A stretch of 42,982 nt of DNA from contig DAIDBG010000244.1 in NCBI GenBank assembly GCA_027310225.1, positions 1-42,982 on the forward strand, in the 5' to 3' direction. The translations under genes were made by a program, and so were the position numbers. Origin of the DNA: a bacterium (GTDB taxonomy: Bacteria; Pseudomonadota; Gammaproteobacteria; Burkholderiales; SG8-41). Below the pieces are notes generated by a model, which was given only the letters and a program-made list of their open reading frames with translations, had not been told where the DNA came from and searched no databases. Of the stretch, positions 16,690-26,144 are shown in pieces. Every line of letters begins with the position of its first letter. Position 1 is the first letter of the stretch.

Positions 16690-17931
16690 GTGGCCGACGA
16701 TCTCACCCCCTTTCGCCAGCTGCTCGTCTCGCTGCTGCTCGGGCTGCTCGTCGGCATCCAGCGCGAATGGCGGCAGGAGAGCCTGGCGGGCGTGCGCTCG
16801 TTCACGCTCGTGACGCTGGCCGGCACCATCACCGCGATGCTCGCCGGGCAATTCGGCGGGATCCTGATGGCCGCCGCGGCGCTCGCCGTCACCGCGCTGA
16901 TCGTCATGAAGCAGCGGTATCAATCCCCGTCGGACGCCGCGAGCCCCGGGTTGAGCACGGAGTTCGCCCTTCTGGTGATGTTCGGCGTCGGCGCGCTGGT
17001 GCGCACCGCACCGGCCTGGGTGGCGATCTCCGCGGCCGGAATCACGGCCGTCATGCTGCAGGCAAAGATGGAGCTTCACGGCCTGGCGCGCCGGCTGACC
17101 CAGGAGGACCTGCGGTCGGTGTCGCAGTTCGTTCTGGTCGCGCTGGTCATCCTGCCGGTGCTGCCCGACGAAGCCTATGGTCCGTACGCGGTGCTCAACC
17201 CCCATCACATCTGGCTGGTCGTCGTGATCATCGTCGGCATCGGCCTTGCGGGCTACGTGGCGTACCGCCTGTTCGGCGAGCGCGCCGGAGCGCTGATGAG
17301 CGGCGTGCTGGGCGGCCTCATCTCCAGCACGGCGACCACCCTCGGTTACGCCCGGCAGGCGCGCGACAACCCCGGGCATGTTCATCACGTCGCCTTCGTG
17401 ATCGTGCTCGCGTGGGCCATCCCGTACGCGCGGATCGCAGTACTGGTGGGGCTGGTCACGCAGAGCCTGCGGCCCATCTATCTGCCGCTCGCCGCCTTGT
17501 TCGCCCTGACGCTGCTGTTCGCGGCGATGAACTGGCGCGGCACGAAAAAGGACATCGCCGGCATGCCGCCGCAGGAGAACCCGTCGGAACTGGGCACCGC
17601 GCTGGTCTTCGCTGTCCTCTACTCCGTGATCCTGCTCGGCGCGGCCTGGGCCCAGAACCAGATCGGCAGCCGCGGCCTGATCGCGGTCAGCGCGCTTGCG
17701 GGCCTCACCGATCTGGACGCGATCGCCTTGTCGGTGGCCCGCCTCGTCGAGAGCGGGCGCGCGGCCACGGCCGAAGCCTGGCCGGCAATGGCGACGGCGA
17801 TTTTTGCGAACGTGACGTTTCGCGGACTGGTTGCGTGGTCGGTCGGCGGGCGGGCCCTGTTTCGCGCGCTGGCCCTGCCGTGGATCGCGACGCTTGTCGC
17901 CATCGTCGTGCTGGCGCTGGCGGGAGCCTGA
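16690..17931 (+). CDS. MgtC/SapB-family N-terminus plus DUF4010-type polytopic membrane protein
   Basis: GTG start. LLLGLLVGIQREW..SLAGVRSFTLV, followed by about 10 TM helices. Confidence 0.75.
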   Translation: MADDLTPFRQLLVSLLLGLLVGIQREWRQESLAGVRSFTLVTLAGTITAMLAGQFGGILMAAAALAVTALIVMKQRYQSPSDAASPGLSTEFALLVMFGVGALVRTAPAWVAISAAGITAVMLQAKMELHGLARRLTQEDLRSVSQFVLVALVILPVLPDEAYGPYAVLNPHHIWLVVVIIVGIGLAGYVAYRLFGERAGALMSGVLGGLISSTATTLGYARQARDNPGHVHHVAFVIVLAWAIPYARIAVLVGLVTQSLRPIYLPLAALFALTLLFAAMNWRGTKKDIAGMPPQENPSELGTALVFAVLYSVILLGAAWAQNQIGSRGLIAVSALAGLTDLDAIALSVARLVESGRAATAEAWPAMATAIFANVTFRGLVAWSVGGRALFRALALPWIATLVAIVVLALAGA

Positions 17932-17948
17932 GGCGCCGGCCCGATCGC

Positions 17949-17962
17949 TTGATCTAGATCAA
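17949..17962 (+). promoter_or_regulatory. perfect FNR/CRP-family box TTGATCTAGATCAA upstream of ftsH
   Basis: TTAAAT at 17985..17990 lies 22 nt downstream. ftsH ATG at 18087. Confidence 0.55.
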
Positions 17963-18086
17963 CCGCCGGCGGAACCCTCTCTGGTTAAATGAAATCCAAC
18001 TTGTTGCGCCTAATTGAAAGGACATGAAGATGGAATGGTGGTCACCGTATCGGGACTTCAAAGCAGCGGCTTGAGCGGGACGCGCC

Positions 18087-19985
18087 ATGGAACGCAGGCA
18101 GCAGTTCTCGATCTGGTACTTCCTCAGCGTCTTTCTGATCCTGATCGCCTTCCAGAACCTCTTTTTCCAGCAGCACGTGGAAACGCTCGCCTACAACGAA
18201 TTCAAGTCAGCGCTGAAGGCGCGCAAGGTCATCGAGGTCACGCTCACGGATGAGGCCATCACCGGCAAGCTGGCGCGGGACGGGCTGGAGGGGCTGCTGC
18301 CGCCTGCGAGAGTTTCGGAATTGCAGCGCGCCAGCCAGGACCCGGGCCCGCACGCTTTCACCACGGTGCGCGTCAACGATCCCGAGCTGGTCCAGGAGCT
18401 GGAAGCCGCCCGGGTGCGCTTCAGCGGCCAGTTCGAGAACAAGTGGCTCGGCGCCATCCTCTCCTGGGTCGTTCCCGCCGTGATCTTCGTCGCCCTGTGG
18501 GGATTCCTCATGAAACGCATGGGCGCCGCCGGCGGCATGATGGAAATCGGCAAGAGCAAGGCCAAGGTCTATATGGAGAAGCAGACCGGCGTCACGTTCG
18601 CCGACGTCGCCGGCATTGACGAGGCAAAAACCGAATTGATGGAGGTCGTCGAGTTCCTCAGGACGCCCGGGCGCTACCGGCGGCTCGGCGGCAAGCTTCC
18701 GAAGGGCGTGCTGCTGGTGGGCGCACCGGGGACCGGCAAGACGCTGCTCGCCAAGGCGGTCGCGGGAGAAGCCAGTGTGCCATTTTTTTCCATGAGCGGC
18801 TCCGACTTTGTGGAGATGTTCGTCGGCGTGGGCGCCGCGCGCGTGCGCGACCTTTTCCAGCAGGCCGAAAAGACGGCGCCCTGCATCATTTTCATTGACG
18901 AACTCGACGCGCTCGGCAAGGCCCGCGGCATCAATCCGATGGGCGGCCACGACGAGCGCGAGCAAACCCTCAACCAGCTTCTCGTGGAGATGCACGGCTT
19001 CGACACCAACAAGGGCGTCATCATCATGGCCGCCACCAACCGGCCGGAGATCCTCGACCGCGCCCTGCTGCGGCCCGGCCGGTTCGACCGCCATGTCACG
19101 GTTGACCGGCCCGATCTCAAGGGCCGGGAAGCCATCCTGCGGGTGCACAGCCAGCATGTCATGCTGGCGCCGGAAGTGGACCTCACGGCGCTCGCGGCGC
19201 GCACGCCGGGCTTTGCCGGCGCCGATCTCGCGAACCTGGTGAACGAGGCGGCGCTGCTCGCCGCGCGCAAGGGCAGGAACGCGGTGGGGATGGCCGATTT
19301 TGACGAGGCCATTGATCGCATCGTGGCCGGCCTCGAGAAGAAAAACCGGGTGATGAACCCGATGGAGAAGGAAACGGTCGCCTACCACGAGGCCGGACAC
19401 GCACTGGTGGCGGAGTCGCGCCCGCACGCGGACAGGGTCGGCAAGATCTCCATCATCCCGCGCGGCATCGTTGCGCTGGGCTACACCCAGCAGCAGCCCA
19501 CCGAAGACCGCTACCTCCTGCGCAAGAGCGAACTGCTCGACCGGCTCGACGTCCTGCTCGGCGGGCGCGTCGCGGAAGACATCGTGTTCGGCGACGTCTC
19601 CACCGGAGCACAGGATGATCTTCAACGGGCGTCCGATCTCGCGCGCCACATGGTCACCCAGTACGGCATGAGCGAGAAGCTCGGCCTCGGGACCTTCGAG
19701 GAGCCCCGCGGCCCGGTGTTTCTCAACAACCCCACGGTGCAGGAAGCACGCTCGCTCAGCGAGCGCACGGCGCAGGCGATCGACCAGGAGGTGGCGCGGT
19801 TGCTGGCCGGAGCGCAGGAGCGGGTGCGCGCGACGCTGATCGAGCGGCGCGCCGCGCTCGATGCGCTCGCCGCGGTGTTGCTGGAAAAGGAAGTGGTGGA
19901 CGGCGCGACGCTGCGGGAGCTTCTGGCGCGCCATACCACGGGTGACAAGAGCCGCGGCCGCGCCGCTGAAAGCAAGGCGGCATGA
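18087..19985 (+). CDS. ftsH: ATP-dependent zinc metalloprotease FtsH (island paralog)
   Basis: Two TM helices, Walker [18 protein letters not shown], second region of homology, HEAGH zinc site. Confidence 0.92.
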   Translation: MERRQQFSIWYFLSVFLILIAFQNLFFQQHVETLAYNEFKSALKARKVIEVTLTDEAITGKLARDGLEGLLPPARVSELQRASQDPGPHAFTTVRVNDPELVQELEAARVRFSGQFENKWLGAILSWVVPAVIFVALWGFLMKRMGAAGGMMEIGKSKAKVYMEKQTGVTFADVAGIDEAKTELMEVVEFLRTPGRYRRLGGKLPKGVLLVGAPGTGKTLLAKAVAGEASVPFFSMSGSDFVEMFVGVGAARVRDLFQQAEKTAPCIIFIDELDALGKARGINPMGGHDEREQTLNQLLVEMHGFDTNKGVIIMAATNRPEILDRALLRPGRFDRHVTVDRPDLKGREAILRVHSQHVMLAPEVDLTALAARTPGFAGADLANLVNEAALLAARKGRNAVGMADFDEAIDRIVAGLEKKNRVMNPMEKETVAYHEAGHALVAESRPHADRVGKISIIPRGIVALGYTQQQPTEDRYLLRKSELLDRLDVLLGGRVAEDIVFGDVSTGAQDDLQRASDLARHMVTQYGMSEKLGLGTFEEPRGPVFLNNPTVQEARSLSERTAQAIDQEVARLLAGAQERVRATLIERRAALDALAAVLLEKEVVDGATLRELLARHTTGDKSRGRAAESKAA

Positions 19986-22366
19986 AAACCCTCGTCATCG
20001 AAGTGGGCGGGCTGTTCTCGTCGCTGTGCGCCCGCGGCGTGGAAAAACAACTGCGCGCCCTGCCCGGCGTGACGCGCGCGGAAGTGAGCTACGCCACGGG
20101 CACCGCCACGCTCGCCTACGACGAGACCGCGACCGATCTCAAGGCGATCAAGGCGGTGGTGCAGGCCTGCGGCTACCACTGCGCGGGCGAGTCGGTCCCC
20201 GCGCACCTCTGCCATCCCGAAGATCCACCGGCGGACGCGGCCGTCGCAACCGCCGGCGCGGTGGCGCATGCGGGACACGCGCCTGCCGCGCACGTCGGGC
20301 ATGCGAAGCCTGCGGCCCCCGCGGCGCCGGCGAAGGCCCCGGCCGCGGCGCACGCCGCTCACGCCAGGGACGAGATGGCGCACGAGATGGGTCACGGCGC
20401 CGGCATGGACATGGCCGGGATGGCGCGCGACATGCGCAACCGCTTCATCGTCGCGTTCGTGTTCGCCGTGCCGGTCTTTCTCTACGCGTCGGTGATGACG
20501 CAGTTCCTTCAGCTCCAGCCGCCGTTCGGGCTGGAGATGAGCAAGTTCCTGTTCGTGCTCGCCACGGGCGCCATCCTCTACCCCTCCTGGCCGTTCGTCG
20601 TCGCCGCCTGGCGGGCGGTGAGGAACGGCGTCGCCAACATGGCGGTGCTGGTGGTGCTGTCGGTCGGCACGGGCTACCTCTTCAGCGTGGCCGCCACGTT
20701 CCTGTTCGAGGGCGAGCAGTTCTACGAGGCTTCGTCCGTGCTGCTGGTGTTCATCCTGCTCGGCCACTGGCTGGAGATGCGCGCCCGCGCCGGCGCCTCG
20801 GACGCGATCCGCGCGCTGATGGATCTCGCGCCGCCCATGGCGACGGTGGTCCGCGACGGCCGCGAAGTCGAGGTGCCGACCGCGGACGTCGTCAAGGGCG
20901 ACATCGTTCTCATCCGGCCCGGCAACAAGGTCCCGGTAGATGGCGAGGTCATCGAGGGGAAATCCACGGTGGACGAGTCCATGCTCACCGGGGAATCCAT
21001 GCCGGTCGGCAAGGCGCCCGGCGATACCGTGATCGGCGCCACCATCAACAAGAGCGGCAGCTTCCGCTACCGCGCGACCAAGGTCGGCGCGGACACCGCG
21101 CTGGCGCAGATCGTGAAGCTGGTGCAGGAGGCGCAGAACTCCAAGGCGCCGGCGCAGCGGCTCGCCGATCGGGCTTCCCAGTGGCTCGTGCTCGCGGCCA
21201 TCGTCATCGGCCTCATCACCTTCGCCGCGTGGTTCTGGTGGAGCGGCCAGACGCTGCTCTTCGCGCTGACGCTCACCATCACGGTGTTCGTCATCGCCTG
21301 CCCGGACGCGCTGGGGCTCGCGACGCCGATGGCGATCAGGATCGGCACCGGACGCGGCGCGCAGAACGGGATCCTGATCAAGAACGCCACCGCACTCGAG
21401 AACGCGACCCGGCTCGACGTGATCGTCTTCGACAAGACCGGCACCCTCACCCTGGGGCAGCCCGAAGTGGTCGCGCTCGCGGCCGCGCCGGGCGCCGCCG
21501 AGGACGAGCTGCTCGCGCTGGCGGGCGCGGTCGAGAAGCACTCCGAGCACCCGCTCGCGCAGGCGATCCTGAAGCACGCCGGCGGCCTCGCGCGGGAGAC
21601 CGCGACCGCCTTCACCAATATTGAAGGCCAAGGCGCGCGCGCCGACGTCGGCGGGCGAGCCGTCCTCGTCGGCAACCGCCGGCTGATGGACGCGGAGAAG
21701 GTGGATATGGCGGGTCTGGAGGCGAAATCCGCCGAAATGCAGGGGGCCGGACGCACGGTGGTGCACGTGGCGCGGGGCGGCAGGCTGGTCGGCCTGATCG
21801 CGATTGCCGACGCGGTGCGCCCCACCTCGGCGGCCACCGTGAAAGCGCTGCAGGAACGCGGCGTCCAGGTGGCGATGCTCACCGGAGACAACCGTGCGAC
21901 CGCCGAGCGCATCGCCCGGGAACTCGGCATCGATATCGTGCTGGCCGACGTGCTGCCGGGACAGAAGGCGGACGAGGTGAAGAAGCTCCAGCAGCAGGGA
22001 AAGAAGGTCGGCATGGTGGGCGACGGCGTCAACGACGCCCCCGCGCTCACCCAGGCCGAGGTCGGCTTCGCCATCGGCGCCGGCACCGACGTCGCGATGG
22101 AGAGCGCCGACGTGGTGCTGATGAAGAGCGATCCCCGGGACGTGGTGGGCGCGGTCGAGCTCTCGCGCGCCACGCTGCGCAAGATGAAGCAGAACCTGTT
22201 CTGGGCGGTGGGCTACAACGTGATCGCCTTTCCGCTCGCCGCGGGCGTGTTCTATCCCCTGCTGCTCAGCCCCGAGATCGCCGCGCTCGCCATGTCCGGC
22301 AGCTCGCTGATCGTGGCGGTGAACGCGCTGATGCTCAAGCGGACGCAACTCGCGGGACTCAAGTAA
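19982..22366 (+). CDS. CopB-like P1B-type ATPase with His/Met-rich N-terminus and CPD in TM4
   Basis: ATGA overlap with the ftsH stop. Degenerate HMA ([11 protein letters not shown]). [38 protein letters not shown] (codons 21299..21307). [20 protein letters not shown]. Confidence 0.9.
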   Translation: MKTLVIEVGGLFSSLCARGVEKQLRALPGVTRAEVSYATGTATLAYDETATDLKAIKAVVQACGYHCAGESVPAHLCHPEDPPADAAVATAGAVAHAGHAPAAHVGHAKPAAPAAPAKAPAAAHAAHARDEMAHEMGHGAGMDMAGMARDMRNRFIVAFVFAVPVFLYASVMTQFLQLQPPFGLEMSKFLFVLATGAILYPSWPFVVAAWRAVRNGVANMAVLVVLSVGTGYLFSVAATFLFEGEQFYEASSVLLVFILLGHWLEMRARAGASDAIRALMDLAPPMATVVRDGREVEVPTADVVKGDIVLIRPGNKVPVDGEVIEGKSTVDESMLTGESMPVGKAPGDTVIGATINKSGSFRYRATKVGADTALAQIVKLVQEAQNSKAPAQRLADRASQWLVLAAIVIGLITFAAWFWWSGQTLLFALTLTITVFVIACPDALGLATPMAIRIGTGRGAQNGILIKNATALENATRLDVIVFDKTGTLTLGQPEVVALAAAPGAAEDELLALAGAVEKHSEHPLAQAILKHAGGLARETATAFTNIEGQGARADVGGRAVLVGNRRLMDAEKVDMAGLEAKSAEMQGAGRTVVHVARGGRLVGLIAIADAVRPTSAATVKALQERGVQVAMLTGDNRATAERIARELGIDIVLADVLPGQKADEVKKLQQQGKKVGMVGDGVNDAPALTQAEVGFAIGAGTDVAMESADVVLMKSDPRDVVGAVELSRATLRKMKQNLFWAVGYNVIAFPLAAGVFYPLLLSPEIAALAMSGSSLIVAVNALMLKRTQLAGLK

Positions 22367-22400
22367 CGAGCCGCGGCCCGGGAAGGGAAAAGGAAAGACT

Positions 22401-22580
22401 GTGGAATGGATAGCGCAGAACTGGGTGTGGATCCTGGTAGGGCTCGCGTTCGTCGGCCTGCACCTGTTCGGCCACGGCGGGCACGGCGGCCACGGCGGAG
22501 GCGGCGGCGCGCAGGACAAGGATGCGGGAGCGGCAGAGAAGCCCGCGCCGCGCAAGGGCCAGGGTCCCCATCAGCACTAA
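22401..22580 (+). CDS. DUF2933-like small His/Gly-rich membrane protein (59 aa, absent from ORF track)
   Basis: GTG 22401. VEWIAQNWVWILVGLAFVGLHLFGHGGHGGHGGGGG... Paralogous N-termini at 35352 and 42699. Track ORF 22406..23053 is in a different, Arg-rich frame. Confidence 0.65.
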   Translation: MEWIAQNWVWILVGLAFVGLHLFGHGGHGGHGGGGGAQDKDAGAAEKPAPRKGQGPHQH

Positions 22581-22712
22581 CGAGCATCGTGAAAATGGTT
22601 GACGATGCTCGACCCTCACCCCTTTCCCCTCTCCCGAGAGGAGAGGGGAAATGTACCGCGGCAATGGCTTGTCAGCCATTTACCCGAGGCTCGATAGAAG
22701 AAGGAGATCGTC
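22581..22712 (+). repeat. structured intergenic element, copy 1 (three hairpins, ends at the RBS of the next gene)
   Basis: HP1 22581..22589/22603..22611, HP2 22626..22634/22640..22648, HP3 22663..22669/22674..22680. Homologous to 28592..28872. Confidence 0.7.
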
Positions 22713-22991
22713 ATGCTCAATACCAAACTCGTTTCGTGGGCGCTCGGCATCTTCGGCGCGATCACTTTCATCGTGTGCGTGATCTACGGGCTGATCGTGC
22801 CCGCGAGTCTCGGCATGCGGGCGGTGCTGGAAGCAATGCTGCCGGCGTTCAAAGGGCTCACCTGGTGGGGCTTCCTGCTCGGCCTCGCGGAGAGCTTCCT
22901 CTACGGCGTGTACGTGGGGGTCGTGTTCTGCCCGATCTACAACTGGCTCCACCGCCGCTGGGGACAGCCCGGCAGCGCGGCCGGCCGATGA
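22713..22991 (+). CDS. small 3-TM membrane protein (DUF5676-like)
   Basis: GAAGGAGA RBS. 92 aa. Paralog of 34538..34798. Confidence 0.7.
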   Translation: MLNTKLVSWALGIFGAITFIVCVIYGLIVPASLGMRAVLEAMLPAFKGLTWWGFLLGLAESFLYGVYVGVVFCPIYNWLHRRWGQPGSAAGR

Positions 22992-23031
22992 CGCAGGCGG
23001 CTTCGGCACGGGCAACAGCGGGACGCACGGG

Positions 23032-24891
23032 ATGGGCGTGGATTACGACGTGATCGTGGTGGGCGCTGGGCCCGGGGGATCCGCGGCCGCGCTCGAGCTG
23101 GCCCGCGGCGGGGCGCGGGTCGCTCTGTTCGAGCAGCATGAGCTTCCGCGTTACAAGCCGTGCGGCGGCTGCCTGTCGGCGAGGATTGACCGTATTCTCG
23201 AGCCGGATTTCCATCCGCTCGTCGAGAAGACCGTGCATGGGGCCAGTTTGGCATTCGAGGGCGTGGATGCCTTCCGCGCTGTTTCCGATCGCCCCATCGC
23301 CTACATGGTGATGCGGGACCGGTTCGATCTCTTCCTGGCGGAGAAGGCGCGCGCGGCGGGAGCGGATCTGCGCACGGGCGAGCGCGTGATCGAGGCGGTC
23401 GAGGAGGAGAGCCGCGTGCGCGTGCGCACGAAGCGCGGCGAACTCTCGGCGCGCTACATCGTCGGCGCCGACGGGGCGAGCAGCATCGTCGGGCGCTCGC
23501 TGAAGCTCACGCCCCGGCGGCGGGTCGCCGTGTGCGTCGAGGCCGAGGTCTCGACCGGGCCGCGGCCCGCATACGAGCCGCACGACGAGGTGCGCCTCGC
23601 GTTCGGTGCCATCCCGTTCGGCTATGGCTGGGTATTCCCGAAAGGCGACCATCTGTCAATCGGCGTCGGCGGCCTGCGCGAGAAGATCGGCAACCCGAGA
23701 GCGTTCTACGACGAGTTCCTCGTTGACGAGGAGCTGGTGGATGCGATTACCGACGAGCGGCGCCATGGCTACATCATCCCCCTCTTCGCCGGCGGCCACT
23801 CGCCGCTCACGAGCCGTCGCGCGCTGCTCGTGGGCGATGCGGCGGCCCTCGTTGATCCGCTGATTGGCGAAGGCATCTACTACGCCGTTCGCAGCGGCCA
23901 GCTCGCCGCGCAGACGATCGCCCGCGCGTTGGCGGGCGGCGCGTCCGGGACGCTGGCGCAATACACGGACCTGATTGACGCGGAGATCCACGAAGAATTT
24001 CGCCCGGCGCGCAACATCGCGTTCTTCCTCTACGCGTTTCCACGCGCGGGCTACGAGTTCCTCAAGCGGCGGCGTGACTTCGTCGAGCACTATTTCGACG
24101 TTCTGCGCGGCGAGGCCGGCTACGCCGAGCTCTGGGCCGAGCTGCGGCGATTCGCCGCCGGGAATCTGCTCCGATCGCTGTGGCCGGTCTCGCGCCGGGC
24201 GCGCACTGTCGCCGAGCATTACGACCGGGTCGCCCGGCGCTACGACGCCTCGCTCGCGCTATGGCGCACGCTCGTTGCGGCGCCCGCGTGGCAGACAGTC
24301 GGGGAACTGCTCGCGCAGAACGTTCGTCCGGGCGCAACCGTGCTCGACGCCGGGACCGGAACGGGGGAAGCCACGGCGCTCCTGCTCGCGCGCGCGAACC
24401 CGGGGCGGGTGCTCGCCGTGGACGTCTCGAAGGGGATGCTGCACGCCGCCCGCAAGAAGATCACGGACGCGCGCGTCGCCTGGGCGCAGTACGACATCGC
24501 GAGCCTGCCCTATGCTGACGGATCGGTTGACGTCGTGGTGAGCACCTGGACCCTCGAGACGCTCCCCGATCCGCGCCGCGCCGTGCGCGAGTTCCTGCGC
24601 GTGATCAAGGACGACGGCTTCGTCATTTACGCCTTCTCGGGCCGGCCCGCCGCCGGGCTCGCGCGGCTCTACGCGCGGCTGCTCGAGGAGTGGTCCGCCG
24701 GGATGCTGCGCGGCCGCTTTCTGGACGTGACCGAGCAGCCCTATCACGACTGCGGCCGCTCCCGGCTGACGAGGTTCGCGAACGGGCTCGCCACGGTAGT
24801 GGTGCTGCGCAAGTGCTGCAGTATTGACGACCCGCATGCGCCCTGCCCGCCCGCGCGGGCGTCGGTGGACGCCGCCCGGGACGCAAGCTAG
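23032..24891 (+). CDS. fusion: FAD-dependent geranylgeranyl-reductase-like oxidoreductase plus class I SAM methyltransferase
   Basis: N-terminal DVIVVGAGPGGSAAALELARGG and GDAAALVDPLIGEGI. C-terminal VLDAGTGTGEAT and methyltransferase motifs. Confidence 0.8.
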   Translation: MGVDYDVIVVGAGPGGSAAALELARGGARVALFEQHELPRYKPCGGCLSARIDRILEPDFHPLVEKTVHGASLAFEGVDAFRAVSDRPIAYMVMRDRFDLFLAEKARAAGADLRTGERVIEAVEEESRVRVRTKRGELSARYIVGADGASSIVGRSLKLTPRRRVAVCVEAEVSTGPRPAYEPHDEVRLAFGAIPFGYGWVFPKGDHLSIGVGGLREKIGNPRAFYDEFLVDEELVDAITDERRHGYIIPLFAGGHSPLTSRRALLVGDAAALVDPLIGEGIYYAVRSGQLAAQTIARALAGGASGTLAQYTDLIDAEIHEEFRPARNIAFFLYAFPRAGYEFLKRRRDFVEHYFDVLRGEAGYAELWAELRRFAAGNLLRSLWPVSRRARTVAEHYDRVARRYDASLALWRTLVAAPAWQTVGELLAQNVRPGATVLDAGTGTGEATALLLARANPGRVLAVDVSKGMLHAARKKITDARVAWAQYDIASLPYADGSVDVVVSTWTLETLPDPRRAVREFLRVIKDDGFVIYAFSGRPAAGLARLYARLLEEWSAGMLRGRFLDVTEQPYHDCGRSRLTRFANGLATVVVLRKCCSIDDPHAPCPPARASVDAARDAS

Positions 24892-24928
24892 CCCCGATTA
24901 TTCACAAACACAGGATGCCCGACGATAC

Positions 24929-25480
24929 GTGCGTGACGAAGTGTCTTGCGGCTCTGCACGAGGATCTTGTTCACAGCGATCGGGACTGGCGCTCGCGGGC
25001 CGGGCCCCGGCCGTCGCCGCTGCGTTCGGCATCGCGTTCGGATTCGTCGAGGCCGCGGTGGTGGTCTACCTGCGCGCGGCGATCGGTCTCGCCCCGGGCG
25101 GCGCGCCGGAAGATGCGCTGCCCCTCCTCGACCTCGCCCAGCCCCTGCTCGGCATCGAAGTCTTGCGCGAAGCGGCGACGATCGCGATGCTCGTCTCGGT
25201 CGCGCTGCTCGGCGCGCGGCGCGCCCGCGAGCGCTGGGCCATGCTCCTCTACGTCTTCGCCGTATGGGACCTCGCCTATTACGCCGGGCTGTGGGGAACC
25301 ATCGGCTGGCCGCCCTCGCTTCTCGCCGACGACGTCCTGTTCCTGATCCCGGTGCCGTGGATTTCCGACGTGTGGTATGCGGTGCTGGTCAGCAGCCTGA
25401 GCGTCCTCGCCGTCGTGACCGCGAGCCGCATCGGCCCGCGCGACCGAGCGTCGTCACAAGCCCGTCGCATGGATGCTTGA
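24929..25480 (+). CDS. polytopic membrane protein, unknown family
   Basis: Hydrophobic part of track ORF 24824..25480. GTG 24929 chosen to avoid overlap with the upstream gene; start uncertain. Confidence 0.5.
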   Translation: MRDEVSCGSARGSCSQRSGLALAGRAPAVAAAFGIAFGFVEAAVVVYLRAAIGLAPGGAPEDALPLLDLAQPLLGIEVLREAATIAMLVSVALLGARRARERWAMLLYVFAVWDLAYYAGLWGTIGWPPSLLADDVLFLIPVPWISDVWYAVLVSSLSVLAVVTASRIGPRDRASSQARRMDA

Positions 25481-25522
25481 ACCTCGCGCAGCGCCAATGT
25501 TTCCATATATGGAGTCTTCCGC

Positions 25523-25984
25523 ATGTTGATGGTCATTCTCATCGTGGTGGTCTTGGCATCGGCCACATCGCTGTTCCACTTTTCCGTGCTGCGGTGGCTG
25601 TCGGGAGGCATGGGGCGCATCCCAATGTCGCCCGAAATCCGGACCCTCGCGATCGTCATGGCGGCGATGGCGGCCCATGTCGTGGAGATCGTGCTGTACG
25701 CCACCGCCTACTGGGTATCCGAGCAAGTACTGGCTCTCGGCCGGTTCGGCGGGCTCGCCGTCGAGCGTCCACTTGATTACCTGTACTTCTCGGCCGTCAC
25801 CTACACGTCGCTGGGGCTCGGCGACGTGTTCCCCGGAGGCCATCTCCGCTTCATCGCGGGGATCGAGGCGCTGAACGGCCTGCTTCTGATCGCCTGGTCG
25901 GGCTCGTTCATCTATCTCGCCATGGGACGGCTGTGGCCGTGGGAGAACTGCGCCGAGCCGCCTCGCGTCATGCGTCGCAGTTGA
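25523..25984 (+). CDS. two-TM ion-channel (K+ channel-like pore) protein
   Basis: YFSAVTYTSLGLGDVFP pore-helix and filter-like segment (GLGD instead of GYGD). Confidence 0.65.
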   Translation: MLMVILIVVVLASATSLFHFSVLRWLSGGMGRIPMSPEIRTLAIVMAAMAAHVVEIVLYATAYWVSEQVLALGRFGGLAVERPLDYLYFSAVTYTSLGLGDVFPGGHLRFIAGIEALNGLLLIAWSGSFIYLAMGRLWPWENCAEPPRVMRRS

Positions 25985-26063
25985 CATGGCCGATCAATTC
26001 CGCCGGCAGGGCCATCGGGCGCAACGGCGCGGCATTGTGCATTGGACGAGCGGATCATGGAGT

Positions 26064-26077
26064 TTGATCCAGATCAA
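26064..26077 (+). promoter_or_regulatory. FNR/CRP-family box TTGATCCAGATCAA
   Basis: Both half-sites perfect. 68 nt upstream of the YHS gene ATG 26145. No convincing -10 seen. Confidence 0.4.
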
Positions 26078-26144
26078 CCCGCCGGCCGATGGGGGTGGCA
26101 GAGTGCAGCCTTGTTTGGTCCAACCCGTTAAGGAGAACCAGACC

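Noticed and set aside
17947-17964. GCTTGATCTAGATCAACC copies considered as terminal inverted repeats of an IS or MITE.
   Set aside because: Each copy is a self-contained palindrome. There is no paired partner, no flanking direct repeats and no transposase. All are intergenic at promoter-like spacing to AT-rich hexamers. This is not fully excluded without a genome-wide count.
22406-23053. 215-aa track ORF spanning the structured repeat and the DUF5676-like gene.
   Set aside because: The frame is Arg-rich and reads through hairpin repeats. Better-supported genes exist at 22401..22580 and 22713..22991, in other frames and with RBSs.
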